From contig OX597824.1 of the NCBI GenBank assembly GCA_951406725.2, forward strand, positions 74,586,001 through 74,650,000: 64,000 nt of DNA, given 5' to 3'. Under the pieces are notes generated by a model that was not told the DNA's origin, ran no database searches, and was given only the letters and a program-made list of their open reading frames with translations. Below, one piece after another: positions 25,353-40,469 of this stretch. Position numbers and translations under genes: made by a program. This DNA is from Octopus vulgaris (taxonomy: Eukaryota). The number at the start of each line of letters is the position of its first letter. Positions within the stretch are counted from its first letter, which is position 1.

Positions 25353-27513
25353 GGATCTAGTCGGTTTGGTTGCCAGCATCAATTCTAAGCGGATTGATTC
25401 CATGTTCAGTGAAATGACACACCTTTATAGGCTAATGAATGACGTGAAAATCATTTTCGCTATAAATCAATAAATAAAGAGTTAATAGCAATTAAAGTTT
25501 GAAAATTTGGTAATTTTAGCCAATCATAAGCCACAGACACATTCATGCCTGTTTCCATAGTAACAAGCGGAACATGAGAACTCTTTTGTCTGCGAGAAGG
25601 CACGTGTTGATAAATTTGACGCTGCTCTGCTGGAAATTTTACTGTTTGATTACGGCAGCAAGCTCCTTTAACCTTGATGGAGACACTGAAAACAGAGGAG
25701 GATACTGGGTCGTACCTTCACGATAAGGGTGTTATACCCAAAAGAAAACTATGTAAAAGGAAGAGGCATGTTAAAAATATATTGGACACGTCTTATTAAT
25801 GGAATATACAGCTACCATGTATGTAAACAGACTGAATTTTATCATGGTCATGTGGTACATAGTTAAAGTAACTATGATTTTTGTTTTAAAATATGAAAAT
25901 AAAAATTGATATTTAATTATTAATACTAGGGGTATTAATTAGGTGGCATACAATATAATTCTTTAGTAATTAAAAACCTTGCTGACATTTCGTACTCTCA
26001 CAAGTAATAATGAGTATTAGGGATAAATGCTTTTGATTACGTGGTGGGAACATGTACTGGCGATGCTCGCGCCAAGAACACATGGAGTCTGAGTCGGCGA
26101 GGAAAGACACATGGTTTGAAAGTGGTACCCTTCCTCTTAGGTCTGTAGTGCTCTTCCTTTACTCATGGGCTAAGGAATTTACTTCAGTTCGGTTTTGTAT
26201 TAAAGAACTGGGAACAAACCGTAGCACAACTACTGATTATAGCAACGATATTAGAGAAATATGTGAGGAGGACTTGCTCCGTCATCCAATTCAAGTAGGT
26301 GGTCCTGGGGAGATTGTTGAGATCGACGAAATTCTTCTCAAGACGTGAGTACAACTGAAGAAGAGTCCTACCTGAGCAGTGGGTTTTCGGAGGAGTGTGT
26401 CACGTGACCAGACAAGCTTTTCTGTATGAGGTGCCATGTCGGAATCGTGACACACTGGAAGAATGCATACGTCACTCGATTCTTCTAGGAACTACAATAA
26501 TCAGCGATTTGTGAAGGGCGTACTCTCACATTCCTGAAATTGATGGTTACAATTTTGAGCGTAGAACGGTGAACCACAGCGTTGGACTTGTTAACCCGAA
26601 AGATGGCACCCACACTCAACAAGTGGAGTGTATTTGGGCTTCTATGAAGCGAGGTAATAAACGACGCTGTGGTACTCACCGTTCTTGATAGATTCATATC
26701 TCTGTAAATTTATGTGGCGCAGGAGATGCGAAAATTGTGAATTGCTTGAGAAATTGATTGAATGCATTTCTAAATTTCGTTTTTAATTTCAGAAATATTT
26801 TGTAAATGTGCTGCTTATTGCATGCTTAAACGTTTGTTTTTTTAAGTATATTATGTTCACTCTTTTATTTTCGTATATAACATATAAACGTGTACATCTT
26901 TTAGAACATTGTCATTATATAAGATTTTGTTGGTAAATTTTTAAATTAGCATCAGCATTTATTTACATGAAAGAAGATTACCGGAGAACTTTCATCTAAT
27001 TCTTTCAAATCTTTGTGCTAATACTGTATTGAAACCATAGGAAAATTATAATGTGTTTATCGCATGTAACGTGCTATCGCATTTGCGTTAAAAGCATTAA
27101 ACTACTTCTTCACTCGTTTCTTTTTGGTTGTGAGGTGTGCTAAAAATAATAGCTAAATAACGTTTATTGGATAAATCTTTTAAGTTCGTACTATCGCACT
27201 AAATGCATATCCAATGCTTCTAACTATAAAACACGCGTTGTTTACAAATATTGGCAACACGTGCTATTTTCAGGATGTTGACGACAAAATGTGTAGTCAC
27301 TAGTCACACACAAAAGGACAGCTTCCAAATCCTGTCTCCTGATTGGGCGAAAATGATCAAACATTAAACCTCTATAACTTTTGAAAAACATTTTTCTGGA
27401 AAAAGTGAAAGGCTCCAGCAATTCAGCATGGAAAAGTATATTATTGTGCCAAATTTTAAAATTTTCGATGAACTTTAATTTTTGAAATGCTGGTAGCCAA
27501 ACCACCCAGATCC
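25353..27513 (+). mobile_element. Merlin (IS1016/ISXO2-like) DNA transposon, defective
   Basis: ~27-bp imperfect TIRs GGATCTAGTCGGTTTGGTTGCCAGCAT / ATGCTGGTAGCCAAACCACCCAGATCC; degenerate CCAAAA TSD. Confidence 0.85.
26052..26790 (+). pseudogene. Merlin DDE transposase, disrupted
   Basis: GGPGEIVEIDE, QWVFGG, GTTIISD, TVNHS, GTHTQQVE, WRRR motifs with stops and frameshifts. Confidence 0.9.
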
Positions 27514-28052
27514 CCCCCAAAACTAAAAAAAATAATTCTTAGTAGACATTATAATAAAAAATAAAAATATATATTGGACACAAGTCTTCTTAATGGAATA
27601 TACAGCTACCATGTTATGTAATCAAACTGAATTTCGTCATGGTTATGTGGTACATAGTTAAAGTAACTATGATTTTTGTTTTAAAATATGAAAATAAAAA
27701 TTGATATTTAATTATTAATACTAGGGGTATTAATTAGGCGACATACAATATAATTCTTTAGTAATTAAAAACCTTGCTGACATTTCGTACTCTCACAAGT
27801 AATAATGAGAATAAGGAATAAATGCTTTTAATTACAATTAGCTGTATCAAAAATATCGTTTAGGCAAACTAACGGCTCCTTTGCTTTCCGATTACATTAA
27901 CATACGCACGCGCACAAATACACTAAAATAAAATTGAAAATACACAAGTAACGGTTTAAAAATACATTAGGATGCATAAACGCACATATCTGAATTTAAT
28001 GCTGAGTTTATCAATGATGTATAAGATGTAGTTCCTTTATCTATCAAGTTCT

Positions 28053-28148
28053 GACCCTGACGAAATGTTCAATTAACTATATTCAATATGAATCTCTCAT
28101 TTAATTTTTCCAATTTGTAGTAATTGGGCATGGAAACGATTGTAGGAA
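28053..28148 (+). ncRNA. Hammerhead ribozyme in right arm
   Basis: GACC-CUGACGA-A-AUGUUCAAUUA...UAAUUGGGCAU-G-GAAA-CGAUUG-UA^GG. Confidence 0.68.
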
Positions 28149-28280
28149 TTTTTGAGCTTGATATTGTTCGAAATTGGATTTGTTTCAATAAATTGATGTC
28201 TGCATATCAATTTCTCCATTTTCTATTTATTTATATACATACATACATACATACATACATACATACATACATACATACAT

Positions 28281-28600
28281 GGTAGCTGCCCCCTCGTTAT
28301 CGAGTATGGCCATTGCATGAAGCTTAATCAATGTTGTTATCGTGCAATACCTGTGCAAGATTTTCTTTTTAAAGTGAGAAAAGGCTGTGCACTGAATCAA
28401 TCCCACTCACTAAGCAACAGCAGCCATAATCCGAAAAGAAGAAGTCAACATCATCGGTAACCACTGAGCCGCAGGTTTTATGTCGGAGTTACCCCAGTTA
28501 CTTGAGTTACCTTCTCCTAGAAGGATGCCCTAACAAAGGCTAGGAGTCCTTCACTCCCAATGGTTTAACCGCGCGATCGGGTATTCAGTCCGATTATTTC
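28281..28600 (-). mobile_element. Probable RTE-derived non-autonomous retroposon
   Basis: RTE-like 3' hairpin CATACTCGATAACGAGGGGGCAGC next to (TACA)n; CCTTCTCCTAG..AAGGCTAG block resembling RTE 5' regions. Confidence 0.4.
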
Positions 28601-28668
28601 TATATCCCCGCGCATACATACATACATACATACATACATACATACATACATACACATATATATATAAT

Positions 28669-29501
28669 TTAAGAATAAACATTGAGTTCAGGTTAACGAA
28701 CTTTATATATTCACGCTTCTACAAATTCATTAAATATAAATGAAACCATGGCTTTCAAATGTCAAGTAAACAAACACCAGGTAAAAATCATATATGAAAA
28801 AAAGTATAAAATACACAGGACCTGGCCAGAAAACGCGTATAAAAGTCGACTAAAAATTATCTAAAAAAAGATTATTACAGTAAGTTAATCTACTAAAAAT
28901 TTAAAGAGAAAAGTATATAAAATAAAATTATACCCAACTATGAAAATTAATATATAAGATGCAAAAGTCAATATAGTTGCAGTCCATGATGATTGCAGGA
29001 GCATGATATAAATCCAATCGGGTATCTAATGCACATCTTCGCGAATCATTCCAAAAAGTAATTTAACATAGATGCTGGATGTTAAATAATATTTTGGAAT
29101 GATTCGCGAAGATTGTGGCTTAGTTACCCGATTAGATTCATATCATGCTCCCGCAATTATCATGGACTATATTGACTTTTGCATCTTATATATAATTTTC
29201 ATAGTTGGGTATAATTTTATGTTATATATTTTTCTCTTTAAATTTTTAGTCGATTAACTTACTGTAATAATATTTTTTTTAATAATTTTTAGTCGATTTT
29301 TATATACGTTTTCTGAGCAAGTTCTGTGTATTTTATATTTTTTATATATAATTTTTACCCGGTTATTATTATTATTATTATTATTTTATTTATTTATTTT
29401 TGCTTTTGACATTTGGAAGCCATGGTTTCATATATATGCAACAAAGTGTAGAAACGTAGATATAGAAAGTTCGTTAACCTGAATTCAATGTTTGTTCTTA
29501 A
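28669..29501. repeat. Fold-back element: ~400-bp inverted arms, 9-bp spacer
   Basis: Arms meet at 29069/29079. Confidence 0.85.
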
Positions 29502-29573
29502 TCTATATTATTGATATGTGTCTCTGGTTCAATATCATTTGAGCACTTCTTTCCTGCAGTCATATATAAATAA

Positions 29574-29807
29574 ACAGGCGGCGAACTGGCAGAAACGTTA
29601 GCACGCCGGGCGAAATGCGAAGCCGTATTTCGTCTGCCGTTACGTTCTGAGTTCAAATTCCGCCGAGGTGGACTTTGCCTTTCATCCTTTCGGGGTCGAT
29701 AAATTAAGTACCAGTTACGCACTGGGGTCGATGTAATCGACTAAATCCGTTTGTCTGTCCTTGTTTGTCCCCTCTGTGTTTAGCCCCTTGTGGGTAGTAA
29801 AGAAATA
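29574..29807 (+). mobile_element. SINE A, full length
   Basis: 13-bp TSD CATATATAAATAA. Confidence 0.92.
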
Positions 29808-30119
29808 CATATATAAATAAGTCTTTTTCAATGGAAAGAAACGTAATTTATAATTTGCTTCTTGTAATAATATGTGTGTGTCATATCTTTTACTTTTTCT
29901 TATATCTATATAAAATTCTTATTTACATTTGCAAATCATATATCGTACCTTTCTTTCTCTCCTTTTGTCTATTCTTTTATGAATGAGCTAATCCGCGTCG
30001 GTCACCGGAGAGATATTTGATCACTTTATAGAGTGTCTGAGTGTCGGTTTGATGTCTGGAATGGGATAGCTTACCTCATGGGCAGGTAGAAGCTCTTTAA
30101 TCTTAGGTAGTAATCTGCG

Positions 30120-30413
30120 AACGCATGGAAAACGAACCTCCACCAACTATTCTGACTATATGTCTGTGCACACCTTTGAATGCAGTGTATGCCAGAAGGT
30201 TTGCAAATCCAATGGAAGCCTCAAAAGACATGTTAAAATCCACAAAGAGCAAAACTTATCTGTCGGTATTGGTGGTCCAAATCAGAGGTGCAATCTATGT
30301 GGGTGTCTTTTCAGAACATTGTCTAGTTTAAGAAGCCATATCAGATGCCATGATGGTGATAAGGTGTATGTACAGGAGGTGGTCAAACTCCGTATAAGGA
30401 GTAGATAACCACC
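30120..30413 (+). pseudogene. Two C2H2 fingers, probably an RTE-clade LINE ORF2 3' end
   Basis: CSVCQKVCKSNGSLKRHVKIH and [21 protein letters not shown]; non-TGEKP linker; short hairpin UTR then microsatellite tail. Confidence 0.6.
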
Positions 30414-30436
30414 ATATATAAATATACATATATACA

Positions 30437-30491
<55 letters not shown>

Positions 30492-30592
30492 TCATATATA
30501 CATATACGTATACATAATCATTGTAGCAAATTATAATGTGTATGAATATATATATGTACATATATATGCACATATATGCATATATATGTATG

Positions 30593-30638
<46 letters not shown>

Positions 30639-31482
30639 CATATATATATATATATACATGTATGTGTGTATGTATATATATGTATACATACATATATACA
30701 ATATATAATATATAAATGAACGACTAATCATTTATTTCATAACTGACGGTGGTCATTCATGGAAACGTACGTAACATTAATTTGTCTTTCTATTTCCTTA
30801 ATCAGAATTATGGTTACTTACTTTGTGCTGATTAGAACCTATTATCACGGATAACAAACCAAAGCATGTGACCGAAATACGTGGCATGCATTGTGAAGTG
30901 CTCCTATGATAATTGACCGAAGTGTAATCGATCAGTCTTTAGTTGATTAAAACCTGTGGCTTCACACTGCTTTTCGAACAATATGCTAGCCAGCTTCTTA
31001 CATAAAGTACTACCGAGGTGATTGGTTGGGTTTCATTTATCCTCAAAATTATTGCGTACTCCCCCACCACACACAAACATATGAGATTTATTGAAATGTT
31101 TTCTTGCCGTGATATACTTATGTTATGTATTTCTTCCAGTATTTATGTATACATCTCGTATCTCAAATTTCTCATACTATTCTTGTCTCTATGTTTATAA
31201 CTTTTAGCCATAAGTAATATATTCGCAAATATTTGCAGTCAATCTGATATATATGTATATATATATATATGCATGCTTACATATAAACATATTTGATATG
31301 TGTATATATGCATCGTATATACATATGTGTAAACGAATACCTAAACAAACCTTTACAAGTATGGGTACATCCATATATATTCATATGTACATACTCAATC
31401 TTATATAAAGTACAGATACATACACACTTGATCGCACCTACACATTTTCCTACATTCAGGTACAACATCTGTTCATATATAT

Positions 31483-31538
<56 letters not shown>

Positions 31539-31677
31539 GAAATATATATATATATATACCAACGTACATTCATATGCATATATACATATACAAATAGGTA
31601 TACGTAAATACGAAAACCAACTGAAACAAGTATCAGTTCGAAAGTGGATAAACACGGAATGTAAGACGCTATGTATG

Positions 31678-31776
<99 letters not shown>

Positions 31777-32763
31777 GTACATATATATGGGGTAGGGGAG
31801 ATAAAGGGTATCTGTGTGTGCGTGTTTGTAGACATTTTCTTAAAGAGAGACAAAAAAATATGTAAACACTTATAATTTTGAGAAAACAAATCTCATGAAA
31901 AAAAGTATGTTTGAAGGATTCAACGAAGGACTTAGAGAAGTGAGAGAATACGTACATATGTGTATTATTATTGAATACAGAATATGAGAAAAGAAAGCAA
32001 TATGTTAGGATATGCAAATAGAGAGACGATTTATTGTACATAAAGAAGTTGTCCAATCATTCTAGAAATATCCTTAATAATCTTGTCTATAAAATATATA
32101 TTTTAAGACAATCTACTTTATCTCCTTCTCAAATGTTATTCAACAAAACTGCACTTATCTGGAATGAAACCCTTGCAATAAGTGGTTTTACTGAATAAAT
32201 CAGCCACTTTCTCCTCCCTAAACAATTACAACAACCGCCACCACCATCACCACTCGCCCCCAAAAAAATAATAAAAGGAAGAATTATCTGAAGTAATTCT
32301 CTATTTTCTGTTTAAAGTAACAGTTTTCCTTAGATTGCTGTTTAAACACTACTCTTATAACTATAAAATCCATCAAGTTTTCAGCAATAATACAATTACA
32401 CGTTCATATTTTATGACGCCTAACGTGTTTTTTTTCATTATATTCTGATGCATGATCTTGTTATACATAACCCTAGTTCTGCTATTAACTCTACAATCAC
32501 AAATTTAATTGTTTCCATTCAGAATACACGTCCTCTCTGTGAAAATTGTTCTGCTGCAGAATTACTTTACCGCGCTGCTATGAACAATAAATAATTCGTT
32601 TTGTTATCTAACAACAGACTTACCACCAGTATTTTCAAAACAGATTTTATCAACGTAATTATTAATTCATAGGAGAAAGGTGTCATCTACATTTATTATT
32701 TGATATATATATATATTATTTTGCCCTTGTTTATAAGTTTTATATATATATATATATATTTAT

Positions 32764-32808
<45 letters not shown>

Positions 32809-33399
32809 TCGTACAAATAATTTACCACTTCATTATACATTTGTTGACGTTTCGTACCTGTATGTATGTATGTATGTATGTATGTATGTATGTATGTATG
32901 TATGTATGTATGTATGTATGTATGTATGTATGTATTTATGTATGTGTGTGTGTGTGTATGCATGTATTGAAAAACTTTGAAATAAGTATTCAATAAGTTG
33001 CTGCTATGCTATAAAATAATACTTCTTGTTATACCGGATAAAACACCCATTGATGACAAAAACAGTGAATAGAATCGCCTATGGATATATCACCATGGCG
33101 ATACATACATACATACATACATACATACATACATACATACATACATACATACATACATACATACATACATACATACACACACACATACATACATACATAC
33201 ATACATACATACATACATACATACATACATACATACATACATACATACATACATACATACATACATGCATACATACATATACAGTTTGGCTCAGCTCCAT
33301 ACAGCTTAAAGTTTCTCAGGCTCATAAAACGAATCTATTTCGTCAGAGAAGAGTAAAGAGTATGAAACAAATTCAAGATGCATTCTAGAAGTTAAGCTT

Positions 33400-33830
33400 C
33401 GATTGACTTAGGTTACATGGTGTTATTGATCTGAAAGTGATATCACCTCTTTATTCTTAAGCCCACGTGTTCGGACAAGATGTTGGTAAGTGGCTGTACC
33501 TGCTATCTTTGGTATGTTTAGCGACATCAGTTCATTGCATTTGATGCCATATATGGCAGAGTGGGATACTGTCGTGAGTTAGTTTGTTCGTGGAGAGTTG
33601 CAATAATCTTTCCGTGGGAATAATGTATATGGTGTGATGGGTTAAAATTTGGTGGTGTTAGCTTCAAAAGTTGAGGCTGGATGGCCAATATAGGTGAAGC
33701 TTCAGTCTATATGGGCGGCAGCGGTTAGTTATCCTGCTTTTGTTTATGGTGTATCTGTGGACTGTCAACAGCCACTGGTTTAAAGCCTATTACCAAGGAG
33801 TAGCTCTGGGGGGTAACAATAAGATAGTTC
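33400..33830 (-). pseudogene. Decayed GIY-YIG endonuclease-like (PLE) fragment
   Basis: IYGIKCNE...LSEH readable on the minus strand across frameshifts. Confidence 0.4.
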
Positions 33831-34347
33831 ATTCTTCCAGTTGATGGATACCGCAGGTTAGTGGATTTGCGCAGTTTCTGGCGGAGGCAGAGTCAACTTT
33901 ACTTTTCAGCGTACCGAAGTCGATAAAGTAAAGTTACAAGTCTGAAAACTAGAGCCGGTGATATCGACGAACCTCATCTCTTTAAAATTCATGGCATTGT
34001 GCCTATATAAAAAAAATCATTTAAGGCGGCAACTTGGCGTAAGCATTATCATCACGGACGAAATTTCTTCCGGCTCTTTACGTTCTGATTTTTAAATACA
34101 ACCGAAGTCATCTTTGTATATGCATACATCCTTATATGTGTAAGCATGTGTGCACGCGCCCATATATGCATAGACACGCTCCTATTCATTTATATACAAA
34201 CGCAATGAATATGTATGAATAAATGTCTATAATGTTTCGCTTAGGAATAGCAATACTTATACCGTTGTTTTAGAACAAACTCAATAATATGTTTATAATC
34301 GTATGTGCTTCAAGAGGATACAGCTTGGATTTTACCCGGCCTAAATA

Positions 34348-34541
<194 letters not shown>

Positions 34542-34604
34542 AAATATATATATATGTATGTATGTATGTATATGTATATATATATATGTATATATATATA
34601 TTTG

Positions 34605-34656
<52 letters not shown>

Positions 34657-34913
34657 TATGTTTGTATATTTACATAAGTGTAGTTACATTCATATACATA
34701 CATACACACATGCACTCGCGTACCTCTTCCACATACACACACACGCATAATTTATAGATATGTTTGCTGCCATGAAATACTTATGTGTGCTATAATATAT
34801 TTCTTCCAGTACCTATGTATACATCCCGTATCTCAAGTTTCTCATTCTTATTCTCGTTTCTGTTGTTTATTATACCTTTTGGCCATAAGTAATACAATCA
34901 CATAAATAATTAG

Positions 34914-35141
<228 letters not shown>

Positions 35142-35496
35142 TAAGATCATGGTTACGATTCCTGGCGCGGGCGATCGTTATGTTCTTGAGCAATAGACTT
35201 TCATTTTACGTTACCCCAATCCACTCAACAGGCAAAACTGTGTCATCTTGCAACGGACGAGGGGGTGAATATCAACGCTAGAGAATCAGGGAAACCGGGG
35301 CCGTATGAGCCTATGCCTATGATGTGTGTGTGTGTGTGTATTTTACATATATATACACACACATACAAATATACTGTATATATACATACAGTATATATAT
35401 ATGAATATATGTGTGTGTGTGTATTTACACACATGCGTATATGTATATGTGTAAATATATATGCATATATGTATATGTATATTTTTATATACATAC

Positions 35497-35605
<109 letters not shown>

Positions 35606-35639
35606 TTTTTACATTAAAATCAGATTACTCAATATACTT

Positions 35640-36700
35640 CTTAAAGTGTAAATTTATCATTCTTTAACACGAATAATATTGACATCGGACTGTAGAACAT
35701 TTGAGTTCATACTAGCTTTATATAATCTCTGTTAAGTTTAAATTTTTTGGGGCAGGTGGAACTCTGTTGAATGATAATCAAGTTTCAGGTAGCTTGTGAT
35801 GGAGACGTTTTATGAAAAACTTATATTGATTGAATTTTGACTTGTGTCATTGTTCTGAATTTATTCATGCTTGTAGAACCTTCTCATCAGGAGTGTCTAT
35901 TTAGGAGTGTCAGCTTCAGGTTATGGGTTGCTATAATTTTGGGTCCTCAAAATAATGTAGGTAGGTAAATGGGTTGGTTGGTCTGCAGATATGTCACTAG
36001 TTTTACTTGTTGGCAGTTTTATTTGAATACTAATGCATTTAAAGATTTGTAATCAGGTGTGTTTATTTCAGTGTGTTAGCTTTTATATCTCAGAGTTTTT
36101 AAGTGTTCATAAAACAATGTAAGCAGGTGATAAGTTTAATTGATCGGCAGGTTTCTTTACTTGCTGATGTTGCTAAAGAGATTTCACCTGTTTGTTTGGT
36201 AAAGGTGGTTATCATTCAAGCATGGCATGGTGCTGTTAGTATAGAAATTTGTATAACTTATGCTGTAATGTTCACAAAATGATGTAAGCGTGAAGATTGG
36301 TTGTTTGGTTTGTGTATTTCTCTCTGGGAGGTAATTGTTACAGAAAGTATTTGGTTACTATTTAGAAATTTTAACATTTGTGTTTTAAAGAAGTAAATTT
36401 TATGAAAGAAACTTCTTGACACAGGAAACATTTAACTTGTTTATCATTGGGGTGGTTTCATTTTTCAGCATTCCTAATGGAGATGGCCTTCATGTTATTG
36501 TTGCTGTTGCTCCTGTTATGTTATCCAGACGGATTTGCTCAAATCCAAAGTTGAATTTTGGTTTGTACCATTTTAAAATCTTACTGATGGTTTTTGTTTG
36601 CTTTGTTTTTCATTTTGGCTTTCATACTTCTGTAGTTTATAGATCAAGAACCATTCACACACTGGACTGACTTAATTGGCTACCTTCACTTTCGAAAGAG
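35640..36700 (-). mobile_element. Highly decayed PLE 3' region
   Basis: Coding-like remnant followed by CUGAUGA(35890-35884)-AGGU..ACCU-GAAA, a partial HHR. Confidence 0.35.
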
Positions 36701-37365
36701 TTTATTTAACGTTTGTCACGGCGCCTCTGTTTTCGGGTGTAACATTTTAAACAACATCAAGCTATGGAACAAAATCGGAGATACAATCGAAGTCTTTAAT
36801 TGCAGGAAACCAAATTCCTTAGCTGCAGAAAACAATGGCAACCATATTCCAATTCTGTATAGTAACGAAATAATTTTTAGGAAGATCTATAAATTTATTA
36901 ATAAAATTGCAAGTATGAAAATTTTTATGATGTGGAATGTCTACGGCTTTTAATGTACAAAATAATCTACTTTATTCTTGTGCATGTGTGTATGTATATA
37001 TGTATGTGTGGGGTGCAGTATATGTGTAAATGCCAGACAGATCTTGAAGACATTACAAATATATCCGGTTCATCCGACCAAACATCAAAATACTTATAAA
37101 TACCTATATAAAATTTCTCTCCGGAGTCCAGCGGGAGAAGTTGAAAACATACGTCAGCGAAATTCTAGTTGTTCTGTTTGTTGTTGTTTTTGCTATTCCT
37201 GTCGTCGTTGTTGTGTAGCGCTAGATAATCTTTGATCGATCAGATCAATGAGCAAAGACATCGAAGCCAGCCGTAACTATATAATCAATTTCTATATCAG
37301 AGTTCTCATTGTCCTATGCATCCGCTCTATTTAAGAACGATAATGTGTGATTACAAGAGGTTTCC

Positions 37366-37812
37366 TATTTCTTTATTGCCCACAAGGGGCTAAACATAGA
37401 TAGGACAAACAAGGACAGACAAACGGATGAAGTCGATTAGATCGACCCCAGTGCGTAACTGGTACTTAATTTATTGATACCGAAAGGATGAAAGGCAAAG
37501 TCGACCTCAGCGGAATTTGAACTCAGAAAGTAACGGCAGACAAAATACCGCTAGGGATTTCGCCCGCGAGCAAACGTTTCTTATTTCTTTACTGCCCACA
37601 AGGGGCTAAACATAGAGGGGACAAACAAGGACAGACGAACGGATTAAGTCGATTAGATCGACTCCAGTGCGTAACTGGTACTTATTTTATTGACCCCGAA
37701 AGGATGAAAGGCAAAGTCGACCTCGGCGGAATTTGAACTCAGAACAGAGCGGCAGACAAAATACCGCTAGGGATTTCGCCCGGCGTGCTAACGTTTCTGC
37801 CAGCTCGCCGCC
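37366..37812 (-). mobile_element. SINE A dimer
   Basis: 18-bp TSD TGATTACAAGAGGTTTCC. Confidence 0.92.
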
Positions 37813-38525
37813 TTATTGATTACAAGAGGTTTCCATCGCTATTATTTGCAGGCAGATCGACCACATATCTGCACCTTTCTAGGTTCTTCCCTAATTGGTT
37901 TATCCAAGCGTTTCACATATAACCACTTCACTAATTTCGTTCACACACTTTCAAATTATGTCCATGTTTCAACAATTGTAATTGACCTGAAGCCAGCAAT
38001 TTTCACCCAGCAATTATTAAATTTCATTAGTAAGACACACTGCAACACTACCACCAGCTTGATGAGTATGTTAGTGTATACACACATGTATGTATGTATG
38101 TATGTATGTATGTATGTATGTATGTATGTATGTATGTATGTATTTATGCATGTATGTATCAATCTTTACATATGCTTATTTCAGCCACTCGGCTGTGGCC
38201 ATGCAGGATTATCGCCGTGAAAAGGTAGGCAAATCGAACCTAGTACTTATTTTTAAAGACAAAATACACACACACACACACATACACACACACACACACA
38301 TACACACACACACACATACACACACACACACACATACACACACACACACACAAACACTTATTAGCAGGCGTGGCTGTGTGGTGAGAAGCTTGCTTCCCAA
38401 CCACATGGTTCTGCATTCAATCCTACTGCATAGCACCTTGGACAAGTGTCTTCTACTATAACCTCGGGCAGACCAAAGCCTTTTGAGTGGATTTGGTAGA
38501 CGGAAGTTGAAAGAAACCCGTCGTG

Positions 38526-38624
<99 letters not shown>

Positions 38625-38667
38625 TGTGTATGTATGTATATGTATGTGTATATATATATGTGTGTGT

Positions 38668-38738
<71 letters not shown>

Positions 38739-38879
38739 TAATAGGAAATGAAGATGTATAACAACTGGCAATTCGAAAATTAAAACTTGAAATTTATAAG
38801 CATAATAGTATATTATATTATATTCTTATAAAAATACAATATAATACAATATAATAAGTTATGAATATTAAATATAAAG

Positions 38880-38959
38880 TACATACAAATGTTTCAATTC
38901 TTTGCCATAATAAAATTATAGAAGTTTATTGTTTTTTGGTCAAGAACCTCTTCAGTGTA
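38880..38959 (-). ncRNA. Type I hammerhead ribozyme
   Basis: UACA-CUGAAGA-GGUUCUU...AAGAAUU-GAAA-CAUUUG-UA^UGUA. Confidence 0.72.
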
Positions 38960-39985
38960 ATTTCTTATGTATATTAGGATTCACATATCTAATAAAACTG
39001 AATTTAAATCTCTTTGTTTAAAATATATTTGTATGCTATTAAGTATTCTAATCTAAATATATCTTAGCGTTTTAGTTTTTATATACCAGGAAAAAATTTC
39101 TTTTGAACAAAACTATTCAAAAAAGACCATGGCTAAACAAGCAATATCCATTTTATTCTTTCTTATTAAAATACAGGTTTTTATTTAAAAAATAATACGC
39201 TATTTATCTATTGGTAAGTAACAAAATAATATATTCAAAATACTATATCATCTCTAGTCAAATAGTAAATAATATTAGAAGTTAGATTACATTAATTATT
39301 TATAATAATCATTACTAAAAATTAAAGATTAAAATTAAAAATTATGTAGTTTATATAAGAAAGAAGCTTTCTAAAGAATAATATCATAATAACATTATTA
39401 CCGTAGATGTTAAATAAAGGCTGAATTAAGCAGTTATCCAAAACAAATTTAATCATAAGGACTTCAAAAAATCCTTTTGATAGTTACTCATTTCCATACT
39501 AAAAAACAATCACAATTAAAATTAAAATTCAGATGACTTAGTTTTTTTCAAAGGAAAAATCTTATCGTGATGTTTATATGTATTTGTACATACGGAAGAA
39601 GAGAAGGGACGGTGTACAATAAATACTATATATACAAGAAGAATTTTAATCTAAACTCATTTTTATATATAAATAAATAAAAATTTCTTATTTCTCGGGG
39701 AACTAATTCACTTTATATCAATACGTTTATAATTCAATGCTTAGACAATATAATGCTAGAAGTATTTGGAATAGAATGTACTATAAAATTTAATATAAAT
39801 TAATTTAATTACATTTAGGATTATTCAATATAAAATAACTTTAATTTTTTTTAAATTTCAATATTATTATTATAATTACACTTTTCCTATATTAAATTAA
39901 AATTACTTATCTTAGAGGAATATAATATATTGTAATTCATACAATACACACACACACATACACACACACACGCACGCACCCACGC

Positions 39986-40055
<70 letters not shown>

Positions 40056-40064
40056 AATATAGCC

Positions 40065-40469
40065 ATCGTGGCATTCTGTCGGTTGCGACAACGCGGGTTC
40101 CAGGTGATCCGATCTACGGAACAGCCTGCTCGTGAAATTAACGAGCAAGTGGCTGAGCACACCACAGACACGTGTACCTTTAATGTAATTCTCTTAATGT
40201 AGTTCTCAGGGAGATTCAGCGTGACACAGAATGTGACAAGGCTGGCCCTTTGAAATACAGGTACAACAGAAACAGGAAGATAGGGTGAGAGAAAGTTGTT
40301 GTGAAAGAGTACACAAAGGTTCGCTACCACCCCACCCCCCTGTCGGAGCCTCATGGAGCTTTAGGTGCTTTCGTTCAATGAATACTCACAACGCCCGGTC
40401 TGGGAATCGAAACCGCGATCCTATGACCGCGAGTCCACTGCCCTAACTACTAGACCATTGCACCTCCAC
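40065..40469 (-). mobile_element. SINE B (long tail)
   Basis: Homologous to 44876-45265. Confidence 0.88.

Larger units (their letters stand above)
24420..28230. repeat. ~800-bp-arm inverted repeat (inverted PLE pLTR pair); right arm split by Merlin
   Basis: 24420-25217 is the reverse complement of 25265-25352 + 27514-28230 (diverged). Confidence 0.85.

Noticed and set aside
26052-26790. Bacterial IS1595/ISXO2 contamination or horizontal transfer
   Set aside because: Merlin is the established eukaryotic relative; the element is decayed and integrated among host repeats
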